The notes below the pieces were generated by a model that ran no database searches, was not told the origin of the DNA, and was given only the letters and a program-made list of their open reading frames with translations. Positions 53,419 through 62,690 of a stretch of DNA of 64,000 nucleotides are shown here, one piece after another. Position numbers and translations under genes: made by a program. Location of the stretch: the NCBI GenBank assembly GCA_965221695.1, contig OZ244905.1, positions 1,056,001-1,120,000 of the forward strand. Direction: 5' to 3'. Source of the DNA: Gammaproteobacteria bacterium (GTDB taxonomy: Bacteria > Pseudomonadota > Gammaproteobacteria > Eutrophobiales > Eutrophobiaceae). Position 1 is the stretch's first letter; every line of letters begins with the position of its first letter.

Positions 53419-54174
53419 TTACCCCGCTGCCCGGCAAATTGCCAGGAAATCATCAATATTCAAGGATGCGCCGCCGATCAGGCCACCGTCCACGTCCGCC
53501 ATTGCGAACAACCCCGCGGCATTGTCCGCTTTCACGCTGCCGCCGTAGAGGATGCGCAGTTGGTCGGCGATCCGGTCATTATGCCTGGCCACCTGCAGCC
53601 TGATGAAGCTGTGGGCGGCCTGGGCCTGTTCCGGCGTTGCCGTATGACCTGTGCCGATGGCCCAGACCGGCTCATAGGCGATGATCGCGCCGCTGAGCGC
53701 TTCCACGCCTGCAACGGCAATGACCGCATCCAGTTGTTCCGATAACGTCTGTTCGGTCATCTCCGCCTCTCTTTCCTGCAACCGTTCTCCCAGGCACAAT
53801 ACCACCTGCAAGCCGCTCTCCCAGGCGTGGCGGAATTTTCTAGCGACCGTCTCATTGGTCTCGCCAAAGATATGACGCCGCTCCGAATGGCCAATGATAA
53901 CATATCGGCAACCGTAATCCCTCAACATATCTGCCGATATCTCGCCGGTGTATGCGCCGTTTTCGTATTCCGACAGTGTCTGCGCGCCGACACCGATGGC
54001 GCTGTCCGCCAGCAACTCCGCCACCAACGGTAAATGTATAAAAGGCGCACACACCAGGACTTCCACGCCGTTTTCCGGCAGCCCCTGCATGAACCCGTGC
54101 AGCAACGCGTTGACGGATGCGCGGGTGCCGTTCATCTTCCAGTTGGCAGCTACCAGGGGTTGTCTGTCAGTCAT
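53419..54174 (-). CDS. tpiA: Triosephosphate isomerase
   Basis: NWKMN, IGHSERR, AYEPVWAIGTG, YGGSVK, DGGLIGGASL. Confidence 0.98.
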   Translation of the reverse strand: MTDRQPLVAANWKMNGTRASVNALLHGFMQGLPENGVEVLVCAPFIHLPLVAELLADSAIGVGAQTLSEYENGAYTGEISADMLRDYGCRYVIIGHSERRHIFGETNETVARKFRHAWESGLQVVLCLGERLQEREAEMTEQTLSEQLDAVIAVAGVEALSGAIIAYEPVWAIGTGHTATPEQAQAAHSFIRLQVARHNDRIADQLRILYGGSVKADNAAGLFAMADVDGGLIGGASLNIDDFLAICRAAG

Positions 54175-54938
54175 GGCTTTTTAATTGAGAGGGTGGATTG
54201 CGGTTCGAGCAATGCTTCGACCTGCTGCCCGCTCAATTCCCAGAACTGGCCGGGGCGCTTGTTGCGCGGCAGACTGCAGGAACCGAAGCGTATGCGGATC
54301 AGGCGGCTGACAGTCAGCCCCTGGGATTCCCACAGGCGCCGCACTTCCCGGTTGCGTCCTGCGGTGATGATTACTCGATACCAGCGGTTGCTGCCCTGGC
54401 CTGCGCCGCGGGAGATCGCGTTGAAGCGACCTGTCCCGCCGTCTAACACAACGCCTTTTTTTAACGTCCGGAGCTGTTCATCCGTGGCGCGGCCCAATAC
54501 CCGCACCGCATACTCGCGCTCAACCTGGTTGCGAGGGTGCATGAGCCGATTAGCCAGCGCGCCGTCATCGGTAAACAGCAACAGTCCACAGGTGTTGATG
54601 TCCAGGCGGCCGATACTGATCCAGCGCCCGCGCGACAATTTCGGCAGGCCGGCAAACACTGTCCGGCGCCCCTGCGGATCTGTCGTGGCGCTGATTTCAC
54701 CCTGGGGCTTGTAGTAGGCCAGCACCCTTGGCCTTGATCCGGTTGCGCCCGGTTTTATCGGGCGCAAGTCGATACGGCGCCGGTCGATACTCACCCGGTC
54801 GTGCGGCTTGAGCCGGTCGCCCGGTTGCGCGACCTTGTCGTTGACGCGTACCCGGCCTGCCTTGATCAAGCTGTCCAGATGCCGGCGCGAGCCCAGCCCT
54901 GCGGCCGCAAGGGCTTTTTGAATACGCTCAGCTTCCAC
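54171..54938 (-). CDS. rluB: 23S rRNA pseudouridine synthase, RluB-like
   Basis: S4 domain, GRLDINT.GLLL, GRNREVRR; follows scpB. Confidence 0.88.
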   Translation of the reverse strand: MEAERIQKALAAAGLGSRRHLDSLIKAGRVRVNDKVAQPGDRLKPHDRVSIDRRRIDLRPIKPGATGSRPRVLAYYKPQGEISATTDPQGRRTVFAGLPKLSRGRWISIGRLDINTCGLLLFTDDGALANRLMHPRNQVEREYAVRVLGRATDEQLRTLKKGVVLDGGTGRFNAISRGAGQGSNRWYRVIITAGRNREVRRLWESQGLTVSRLIRIRFGSCSLPRNKRPGQFWELSGQQVEALLEPQSTLSIKKP

Positions 54939-55608
54939 CGGGCTGACCGGAAAATGGAATCACGTTATCGTCCCCGAAGACGCCGTCGGGTACACCGCCG
55001 TTTGCATCCTGGCCGGCAGGCTGCATCGCTGCGTCCGCAACCTGCCCGGCGCTGTCGAACAGGTCGGGTTCTATCTGGCTGATATCCCTGATCTCGCCCA
55101 GGGAAGGCAGTTCGGCCAGTTCTTTCAGGTTGAAATAGTCCAGGAACTGGTGAGTGGTCGCGAGCAACTCCGGGTGGCCCGGCACGTCCCGGTGACCCAC
55201 AACCTTTATCCATTCACGTTCAAACAGCGTGCGGATAATGCCGCTGCTGAGGCTGACGCCGCGGACCTCTTCGATCTCGCCCCGGGTAACGGGTTGCCGG
55301 TAGGCGATAATCGCCAGGGTTTCCAGCAGCGCCTGGGAGTAGCGCTGTGGCCGCTCTCGGAACAGCCGGTTGATGCGGCCGGCCAGTTCCGGGCGGACTT
55401 GTATGCGGAACCCGCTGGCCACCTCCTTCAGCTCCACACCGCGCTCGGCGTAGTCCTGCCGCAGTTCGTCCAGCGCCTTCCTGACAGCCCTGCGATCAGG
55501 TTTGTCCGGGTCGTCTTCGAACATGGACGCCAGGTCGGCAACACTCAGGGGGCTGTTCAGCGCAAGCAGCGCAGCCTCGACAGTCTTCTTGATCTCAACC
55601 GGGTTCAT
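54928..55608 (-). CDS. scpB: SMC-Scp complex subunit ScpB
   Basis: LETLAIIAYRQPVTRGEIEEVRGV; FLDYFNLKEL.ELP. Confidence 0.96.
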   Translation of the reverse strand: MNPVEIKKTVEAALLALNSPLSVADLASMFEDDPDKPDRRAVRKALDELRQDYAERGVELKEVASGFRIQVRPELAGRINRLFRERPQRYSQALLETLAIIAYRQPVTRGEIEEVRGVSLSSGIIRTLFEREWIKVVGHRDVPGHPELLATTHQFLDYFNLKELAELPSLGEIRDISQIEPDLFDSAGQVADAAMQPAGQDANGGVPDGVFGDDNVIPFSGQPGGS

Positions 55609-56408
55609 GCGACTGATTTGACGTAAATGGGACCATTGGTTTCATTCTGCACGATTTCGACCAGGGTTTCCTTCGCCAGTTCAAGCAATGCGAGGAACAC
55701 CACGATAACGCCTGCCCTGCCTTCTTCCACGACGAACAACTCACTGAAATGCGTAAACTCGTCGGCGCTGATGCGGTCGAGTATCGACACCATGCGTTCC
55801 CGGACGGACAGGGGTTCGCGTTGAATATGGTGATGTGAATAGACCTCGGCGCGCCGCAATACCTCGCCAAAAGACTGCAGGATCGTATCCAGCGACACCT
55901 CGGGCGGTCTGGCCCGAACATGTTTATCCGGGAAATCGATGATCGCGGCAATGCAGTCGCGGCCAAGCCGGGGCAGGTCATCGAGGTCCTGCGCCGCTTG
56001 TTTGAAGATTTCGTACTCTTGCAAACGGCGCACCAGTTCCGCGCGCGGGTCTTCCTCATCCTCCCCCTGCTCCGGCCGTGGCAGCAACATTCTGGATTTT
56101 ATCTCTGCCAGCATGGCCGCCATGACCAGGTACTCGCCGGCCAGTTCAAGCTGCAACACCTCCATTAATTCAATGTAGCTCATGTATTGCTCGGTAACCC
56201 TGGCAATGGGAATGTCAAGAATGTCCAGATTCTGGCGCTTGATCAGGTACAACAGCAGGTCAAGAGGGCCGGTAAACGCTTCAAGGAACACCTCCAACGC
56301 CTCGGGAGGAATATACAAGTCCTTGGGCAACTCGCTTAAGGGAACGCCCTGCACGATGGCAAAAGGCATTTCCTCCTGCAGGAGGCTGCCCTGAGGCATA
56401 TCAACCAT
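55605..56408 (-). CDS. scpA: Segregation/condensation protein ScpA
   Basis: FTGPLDLLLYLI, EYLVMAA.L.EIKSRMLLP; start uncertain (56408 chosen). Confidence 0.95.
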   Translation of the reverse strand: MVDMPQGSLLQEEMPFAIVQGVPLSELPKDLYIPPEALEVFLEAFTGPLDLLLYLIKRQNLDILDIPIARVTEQYMSYIELMEVLQLELAGEYLVMAAMLAEIKSRMLLPRPEQGEDEEDPRAELVRRLQEYEIFKQAAQDLDDLPRLGRDCIAAIIDFPDKHVRARPPEVSLDTILQSFGEVLRRAEVYSHHHIQREPLSVRERMVSILDRISADEFTHFSELFVVEEGRAGVIVVFLALLELAKETLVEIVQNETNGPIYVKSVA

Positions 56409-57618
56409 AATCCAGCCCCATGGCCTCGCGCACTTCAATCAGGGTCTCCCGTGCAATATCCCTCGCCGTCTCACAGCCTTCGTTGATGATGGCGCGCACT
56501 GTATCCGGATCATTGACGTATTCGTCAGCCCGTTCCCTGATTTCTGCCTGTTCCTTGACAATGGCATCTGTCAGAGGTTCTTTACAATCCAGGCATCCTA
56601 TACCAGCGCTACGGCAGCCTTCCTGTACCCAGTTCCTGATGTCTTCGCCTGAATAGACCTTGTGCAGGTCCCACACGGGGCATTTCTCCGGGTCACCCGG
56701 GTCATTGCGCCTGATGCGAGCCGGGTCGGTAGGCATAGTCCGCACCTTGTCTGCCACACTGTCGGGATTTTCCCGCAAGGAAATGGTGTTGTTATAGGAC
56801 TTGGACATTTTCTGCCCGTCCGTGCCAGGCATTTTCGGCGAGGTGGTCAGCAGCGCCTGAGGCTCGGGAAAGATCATCTTGCCGCCGCCTTCCAGGTAGC
56901 CGACCAGACGTTCGCGATCGCTGATGCTGATATTCTGTTGTGTTTCCACCAGCGCCCTGGCTTTTTCCAGCGCGGTCACGTTGCCCTGCTCCTGGTACTT
57001 CCTCAACAGTTCGTAGTACAGCTTATTGTTCCTTTTCCCCATCTTTTTAGCGGCTTTCTCTGCCTTTTGTTCAAACCCCGGGTCGCGCCCGTACAGGAAA
57101 TTAAACCGCCGGGCCACCTCGCGCGCCATTTCCACATGGGCAACCTGATCCTCGCCCACCGGCACGAAACTGGCTTTGAAAATGATGATGTCGGCAGTCT
57201 GCAACAGCGGATAACCCAGGAAACCATAGGTGGTCAAGTCCTTGTCGCGCAGGCGTTCCTGCTGCTCCTTGTAGGAGGGGACACGCTCCAGCCAACTTTG
57301 CGGGGTGATCATCGATAACAACAGGTGCAACTCCGCGTGTTCGGGAACGCGTGATTGAATATAGAGTTTCGCTGAGCCGGGATTGATACCTACCGCCAGC
57401 CAGTCGACGACCATCTCCCAGACATTTCTGTTGATGGTCCCGGGCGTTTCATAATCCGTGGTCAGCGCATGCCAGTCAACAACACTGAAAAAGCATTCGT
57501 ATTCGTTCTGCAGCCTGACCCAGTTTTTCAATACGCCGTGGTAGTGGCCCAAATGCAGGGCGCCGGTCGGCCTCATGCCAGACATCACTCGCTGTTTAGT
57601 GGAAATTGCCAATATCAC
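56401..57618 (-). CDS. trpS: Tryptophanyl-tRNA synthetase
   Basis: SGMRPTG.LHLGH, VPVGEDQ, KMSKS; start could be TTG 57612. Confidence 0.97.
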   Translation of the reverse strand: MILAISTKQRVMSGMRPTGALHLGHYHGVLKNWVRLQNEYECFFSVVDWHALTTDYETPGTINRNVWEMVVDWLAVGINPGSAKLYIQSRVPEHAELHLLLSMITPQSWLERVPSYKEQQERLRDKDLTTYGFLGYPLLQTADIIIFKASFVPVGEDQVAHVEMAREVARRFNFLYGRDPGFEQKAEKAAKKMGKRNNKLYYELLRKYQEQGNVTALEKARALVETQQNISISDRERLVGYLEGGGKMIFPEPQALLTTSPKMPGTDGQKMSKSYNNTISLRENPDSVADKVRTMPTDPARIRRNDPGDPEKCPVWDLHKVYSGEDIRNWVQEGCRSAGIGCLDCKEPLTDAIVKEQAEIRERADEYVNDPDTVRAIINEGCETARDIARETLIEVREAMGLDYG

Positions 57619-57728
57619 CCTCTCTTGTACGTAATCAATCTGCAGATTATCGCAGATTATTATTTTTAAGGAAGCTCTGAGACTTAATCAGAGGTTCGTT
57701 AATACGATAGTAGACGGTTGTCCTGGTA

Positions 57729-58352
57729 TCAAACCGAAATATCCCGCACATCCCCACGCCCTTCGCGCAGGATATTAATCGGCTCGGAAGTCAGGTCTAT
57801 GACCGAGGTCAAGTCAGCTCCGCTGGGGCCTGCGTCTATCACCAGGTCGATCTCCTGGCCTAGCCTGGCGCAGATTTCTTCCGGGTCAGTCTCCGGCGCG
57901 GCGCTGTGCGGCAGAATCAGACTGGTACTCAATAGCGGTTCACCGAGCAGTTCAAGCAACGCCAATAACGTGGCGTGCGACGGAATTCGAAATCCTATCG
58001 TCTTTTTTTTAGGGTGTTGCAGATAACGCGGCACATCGCGCGAGGCCCGTAACAAAAATGTGTAAGGACCAGGCGTCAAACGCTTGATCAACCGGAATGC
58101 AGTATTGTCTGCCCTTGCCAGAGAGCCCATGACTGTCATTGATGAACACAATAATGTGAAATTGTGTTTCTGGGTCAACCGGCGGATGGTTAGTATTTTT
58201 GCAAACGCGCTTTTCCTGTGCGGGAGACAACCCAGGGCATAACAGGAGTCGGTGGGATAGGCGATCACCCCGCCCTGTTGCAGGATCAGCACAGCCTGGT
58301 TCAACAATCGCACTTGTGGATTGTCCGGGTGGATTTTAAAATACTGCGCCAT
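57729..58352 (-). CDS. yciO: Sua5/YciO/YrdC family protein
   Basis: IHPDNPQ.RL, YPTDSCYALGC, PGPYTF. Confidence 0.88.
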   Translation of the reverse strand: MAQYFKIHPDNPQVRLLNQAVLILQQGGVIAYPTDSCYALGCLPHRKSAFAKILTIRRLTQKHNFTLLCSSMTVMGSLARADNTAFRLIKRLTPGPYTFLLRASRDVPRYLQHPKKKTIGFRIPSHATLLALLELLGEPLLSTSLILPHSAAPETDPEEICARLGQEIDLVIDAGPSGADLTSVIDLTSEPINILREGRGDVRDISV

Positions 58353-58386
58353 ATCCCGACTATGATATTACTTCTGATGAGGCAAC

Positions 58387-58950
58387 ATGAAATTTTTCCT
58401 GGATTTTTTACCCGGCCTGGTGTTTTTGGTCGCGCTGTTTATCCCTGAAGATCGGCAACAGGGCATCTACCTGGCGACCAAAGCCCTGATAGTGGCATCG
58501 TTCCTGCAGATTTTACTGGGCTGGCTCATTACCAAAAAGATAGAAAAACAATATGTCGTCATTTTCCTGGTGGTGCTGGTACTGGGTGTCGCAACCCTGC
58601 TACTGAGAGATGAGCGGTTTATCAAGTGGAAACCGACTGTTGTTTTCTGGCTTTTCTCACTTGCGTTCCTGGCCAGCGATTACATTGGCAAACGCAGCCT
58701 GACGCAACGCCTGATGGGACAGGTGTTCAATGCGCCGCAAACTGTCTGGCGCCAGGCCAATTTATCCTTTGTCGGCTTTTTCCTGTTGTGCGGCGTAATC
58801 AATTTAGTTGTTGCTTACTATTTCAGCACCGAAAACTGGGCCATATTCAAACTGTTCGGTTTCCTGTTGCTGAATATCATTTACCTGGTCGGACTGGTCA
58901 TGTTCCTGTCGCGTTACGCAGTTATACAGCCGCAGAACGAAAAAAAGTGA
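58387..58950 (+). CDS. ispZ: Inner membrane protein YciB (intracellular septation protein A)
   Basis: MKF.LDF.P, IY.AT, FIKWKPT, W..FKLFG. Confidence 0.92.
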   Translation: MKFFLDFLPGLVFLVALFIPEDRQQGIYLATKALIVASFLQILLGWLITKKIEKQYVVIFLVVLVLGVATLLLRDERFIKWKPTVVFWLFSLAFLASDYIGKRSLTQRLMGQVFNAPQTVWRQANLSFVGFFLLCGVINLVVAYYFSTENWAIFKLFGFLLLNIIYLVGLVMFLSRYAVIQPQNEKK

Positions 58951-58951
58951 T

Positions 58952-59239
58952 ATGGACAGGGTAACGGCCATCAGAGAGAAACTGCTACAGGCGCTGCAGC
59001 CCGAGCGCCTGGAGATTACCGATGACTCCCACCTGCATGCCGGCCATGCCGGCGCTGCGGGCGGCGCCGGCCACTATTCCGTGCATATCGTCAGTTCCCG
59101 TTTCCAGGGGCGAACCACACTTGAACGGCACCGCCTGGTGTACCAGGCGCTGAGCGACATGATGCCGGGGGAAATCCACGCGTTAAGCATCAGGGCGCAA
59201 CCGCCTGAACAGGCAAAACCAGAGGAGCGCCAGACATAA
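58952..59239 (+). CDS. bolA: BolA family protein
   Basis: DDSHLHAGH, RHRLVY.AL, IHALSI. Confidence 0.93.
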   Translation: MDRVTAIREKLLQALQPERLEITDDSHLHAGHAGAAGGAGHYSVHIVSSRFQGRTTLERHRLVYQALSDMMPGEIHALSIRAQPPEQAKPEERQT

Positions 59240-60045
59240 GACCATTTTTGAAGTGGCCGGGCGGGAAATACCGGTTGCTTGACAGAATTTGCAGTGTGCT
59301 GCGACCGGGAAACCGATTGATAGAACCGTTTGTCGGGTCGGGCGCGGTGTTTCTGAACACCGACTACCATTCATACCTGTTGGCCGATGCCAACCCGGAC
59401 CTGATTGCCCTGTACGGCCAGCTTCTTGAAGAAGGAACCGGCTTTATCAGGTATTGCCAAAGTTTCTTTAACGGCAGGCGCAATAACCGTGATTACTACT
59501 ATGCCTATCGTGATGAATTCAATAAAACCCGAAATACCCGCAGGAAGTCGGCGCTGTTCCTCTATCTGAACAGGCATGGGTACAATGGTTTGTGCCGCTA
59601 CAACGGCAAAGGCATGTTCAATACACCGTTCGGCCGCTATGACAGACCTTACTTCCCGGAAGAAGAAATGCTCGCGTTTGTTCGGCGCGCCGGCAGAGTC
59701 AGCTTGCAGCATGATGCATTCGATGTGTCCATGTTGAGCGCGCAACCGGGCGATATCGTGTATTGCGACCCGCCCTATGTGCCCTTGTCGGACACCGCGC
59801 ACTTTACCGACTTCCATGCGGGTGGCTTCACCTGGGACGACCATGTGCGGCTCGCGGACATCGCCGTCGAGCTGGCGAGCCGGCGGGTACAAGTCGTCAT
59901 TTCAAACCACGACATCAGCGAAACACGAAATCTGTATACCAGCCGGGGGGCGCGGCTTTCCCGCTTCAAGGTCAGGAGACATATCAGTCGCGACGGCAAT
60001 AACAGGAAGGAGGTCTCTGAGTTGCTTGCGGAATTTACTCTTTAG
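59236..60045 (+). CDS. dam: DNA adenine methyltransferase (Dam family)
   Basis: RPFLKWPGGK, EPFVGSGAV, NGLCRYN, YCDPPY; probable ATA start at 59236 (ORF track TTG 59248). Confidence 0.92.
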   Translation: MRPFLKWPGGKYRLLDRICSVLRPGNRLIEPFVGSGAVFLNTDYHSYLLADANPDLIALYGQLLEEGTGFIRYCQSFFNGRRNNRDYYYAYRDEFNKTRNTRRKSALFLYLNRHGYNGLCRYNGKGMFNTPFGRYDRPYFPEEEMLAFVRRAGRVSLQHDAFDVSMLSAQPGDIVYCDPPYVPLSDTAHFTDFHAGGFTWDDHVRLADIAVELASRRVQVVISNHDISETRNLYTSRGARLSRFKVRRHISRDGNNRKEVSELLAEFTL

Positions 60046-60080
60046 CGTCGCCAAAATCTGCCCCCGGGATCGCAGGCTTT

Positions 60081-61286
60081 CTACTCTATTTCTGCGCCTG
60101 TTTTATACCACTGATCCACGAGTTGGCGTTCCTCGGGAGTCATCCCTGTCAGGTTTGCCAGCGGCATGGTCTTATTGCTGACAGTCCTGTCATGGATGCG
60201 TTGCGCCCATTGGCTGATCTGCTCCGGGGTGTCGAACATGACACCATTGGGCGCGACCGGCGCCGTGGAATGGTCCGGTTCGGCCGAATGGCAGCTATTG
60301 CAGCGCTGTTCGATCACTTGCCTCAGCTCTTGAAATGAAACGGATTGCATGGGTTGTGTTGCCGTGTGCGGTTCCGGGATGGCGCTGGACTTCGGGGCCG
60401 CGGCAAGCGCAGCCAGGACAAGAATAATAAGCGCGATGACAAGCGGCAATAGCGAGGTCTTGCCCTGGTTACGCAGGTTGAAGAAATGGCGGATCAAGCC
60501 CCCAGCGCCGGCGATGGCGATGAGCAGCAGCCAGCCGTGTTCGTGCCCGTAGGTCATCGGGTAGTGAGGGCTGAGCATAACAAACAGTACCGGCAGGGTA
60601 AGGTAATTGTTATGCATCGAACGCTGTTTTGCCCTGATTCCCGGCAGCGGGTCCGGCTGCTCGCCACGCTGCTTGGCTTGCACAAGCTCACGCTGAGCCG
60701 GGATGATGACCAGGAACACGTTGGCCACCATGATCGTGCCCAGCATCGCGCCGATCTGTATGTAGGCGCCGCGCCCGCTGAACAGGTCTGACACCAGATA
60801 GACCGCAGCAACCAGCAAGGTAAAGCCTACCAGTCCCACCAGTACATCGCTCAGGCCGGTCCTGCACAACAGGTCGTAGAAGACCCAGGCCGCCGCGATC
60901 AGGCCGATACTGGCGGCGACGGCCATGCCAGGTGTGATATCAGCCACCGTTTTGTCGATAAGATAGACATCGGCGTTGACGTAATACATCAACACGAGCA
61001 GGGCAAACCCGGTCAGCCAGGTACTATAGGCCTCCCATTTGAACCAGTGCAGCGGCGCCGGCAGCTCGTCCGGCGCGACCTTGTACTTTTGCGCGTGGTA
61101 AAATCCGCCGCCGTGCACTGCCCACAAGTCGCCGGCTACCTCTTTGTCTTCCGGGTCCCGGGGCGGCACATTGAGATTCAGATCAAGCCAGACGAAATAA
61201 AACGAGGAACCGATCCAGGCGATACCGACCACCAGGTGCGCCCAGCGCAGCAGCAGGTTCAGCCATTCCAGAATGTATGCTTCCAT
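60081..61286 (-). CDS. puuD: Urate hydroxylase PuuD (membrane protein with cytochrome c domain)
   Basis: WIGSSFYF, W.VHGGGFY, WFKWEAY, HNNYLTLPV, CNSCH heme motif. Confidence 0.92.
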   Translation of the reverse strand: MEAYILEWLNLLLRWAHLVVGIAWIGSSFYFVWLDLNLNVPPRDPEDKEVAGDLWAVHGGGFYHAQKYKVAPDELPAPLHWFKWEAYSTWLTGFALLVLMYYVNADVYLIDKTVADITPGMAVAASIGLIAAAWVFYDLLCRTGLSDVLVGLVGFTLLVAAVYLVSDLFSGRGAYIQIGAMLGTIMVANVFLVIIPAQRELVQAKQRGEQPDPLPGIRAKQRSMHNNYLTLPVLFVMLSPHYPMTYGHEHGWLLLIAIAGAGGLIRHFFNLRNQGKTSLLPLVIALIILVLAALAAAPKSSAIPEPHTATQPMQSVSFQELRQVIEQRCNSCHSAEPDHSTAPVAPNGVMFDTPEQISQWAQRIHDRTVSNKTMPLANLTGMTPEERQLVDQWYKTGAEIE

Positions 61287-61306
61287 TTAATTGCGCACTA
61301 TATACC

Positions 61307-61385
61307 ATTCCCATGTATACGGGAATCCAGTGGGATAATGGGTCGCCCTGCAGGCGACACAATATTTTACTGGACTCACGCTTTT
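61307..61385. repeat. Most complete REP/dRS3-like element (family 1)
   Basis: ATTCCC-atgtatac-GGGAAT-ccagt...GTCGCC-ctgca-GGCGAC-acaatatttt-actggactcacgc. Confidence 0.72.
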
Positions 61386-62641
61386 CAGCCTGTCCCTGTA
61401 TGGCGTTGAACAGGGGCGGGAGTGGGTTCGGGGTAAGGCGACGCAGTGTCATTTGCGGACCTGATGTGAAGCAATTGTGCGGCAACGGAAACGGCGATCA
61501 CGCCGGGTTCTTTTGATTCTATTCCCGGAATGCCGATGGGGCAGGTCAGGCGCGCCAGTTGTTTTTCGCTGATGCCCTTGTCCCGCAGTCTTTGTTCAAA
61601 CCGGCGCTGCTTGGTTGCCGAACCGATTAGCCCGAGGAACGCAAAGTCGTCCCGGCGTAGCAGAGCTTCGCACAGGTCCTGGTCAAGCTGGTGGTTGTGG
61701 GTCATTACCAGGCAATAGGCCTGTTCCGGAAGGTTTTCCACCTCTGCGACCGGGTTATCGCTGAGCCGGGTCTCCACACAAGCGGGCAAAGCCGGCGGAA
61801 ACTGCTCGGCGCGGCTGTCAACCCAGGTTATCCGGCAGTCTGTTGCGTTGGCCAGCGCGTTTACCACGGCGCGGCCCACGTGACCGGCGCCGAACAGCGC
61901 GAGCTGAAAGTCGCAGGGCTTGATGATTTCAAAAAACAGCGCATCCGATGTATCCGGCAACGTCGATTGCGTGTCGATCAGCGGATGTAAAACCGCTGTT
62001 TTCGGCGCACCTTGCGCGCGCAGGAGTTCGTCCGCCTTACGCACGGCCAGTTCATCAATGCGTTCGTCGCCGAGGCTGCCCCGGCCGTTTTGCGCGCCGG
62101 CATCTGTTACGATCAGCTTGTCGGTGGTCGGCATTTCGCCAGTCTCAATGTTGGGAACGCTTGCAGGGGGCGATGTTTCTGCCGGAGCGGGGTTGTGCGG
62201 GAATGTTTCTACTGGTAAGCCGTCGCGCGGTAAGGATGATGGGAGTGGCTGCATGATACGGCTTGCCAATAGCGCGCGGGCGTTGCTTTGTTCAAGATCG
62301 GCGGCTGCTTCAAGCCAGCCAGGCGGTTCATACGCGAACGTTTCAAAGTGCAGGAATACCGCGCCACCGCAACACTGTTGCAGCATCGAGCCCAAGGGGA
62401 ATAATTCAATAAAACGGCTGCTGCCGGAGCCGGCCGCCTGTTCCAGGCGGCCCCGTGCAATGCGCTGGGCTTCAAACTCGAGATTGCCGCCGCCGATGGT
62501 ACCCGCTACGTCTGTCCGGGTCACGATCATGCGCGCGCCCGCTTCCCTGGGGGCGGACCCGGCAATATGCGCGACGGTAACCAGCACACACGGCTGGCCG
62601 GCAGCCAGCAAATCCCGCAGCGCCGAAAAACAACGGTTCAT
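61385..62641 (-). CDS. xdhC: Xanthine dehydrogenase accessory protein XdhC
   Basis: GSAPREAGA.M, GTIGGG.LE, QCCGG, FGAGHVG, MTH.H.LD, GLIGS.TK; start 62641 or 62653. Confidence 0.92.
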   Translation of the reverse strand: MNRCFSALRDLLAAGQPCVLVTVAHIAGSAPREAGARMIVTRTDVAGTIGGGNLEFEAQRIARGRLEQAAGSGSSRFIELFPLGSMLQQCCGGAVFLHFETFAYEPPGWLEAAADLEQSNARALLASRIMQPLPSSLPRDGLPVETFPHNPAPAETSPPASVPNIETGEMPTTDKLIVTDAGAQNGRGSLGDERIDELAVRKADELLRAQGAPKTAVLHPLIDTQSTLPDTSDALFFEIIKPCDFQLALFGAGHVGRAVVNALANATDCRITWVDSRAEQFPPALPACVETRLSDNPVAEVENLPEQAYCLVMTHNHQLDQDLCEALLRRDDFAFLGLIGSATKQRRFEQRLRDKGISEKQLARLTCPIGIPGIESKEPGVIAVSVAAQLLHIRSANDTASPYPEPTPAPVQRHTGTG

Positions 62642-62690
62642 GTGAGCGCCCACCGCTTGATGGCGCCGGCAACTTCTGTCGGGGTCACGA

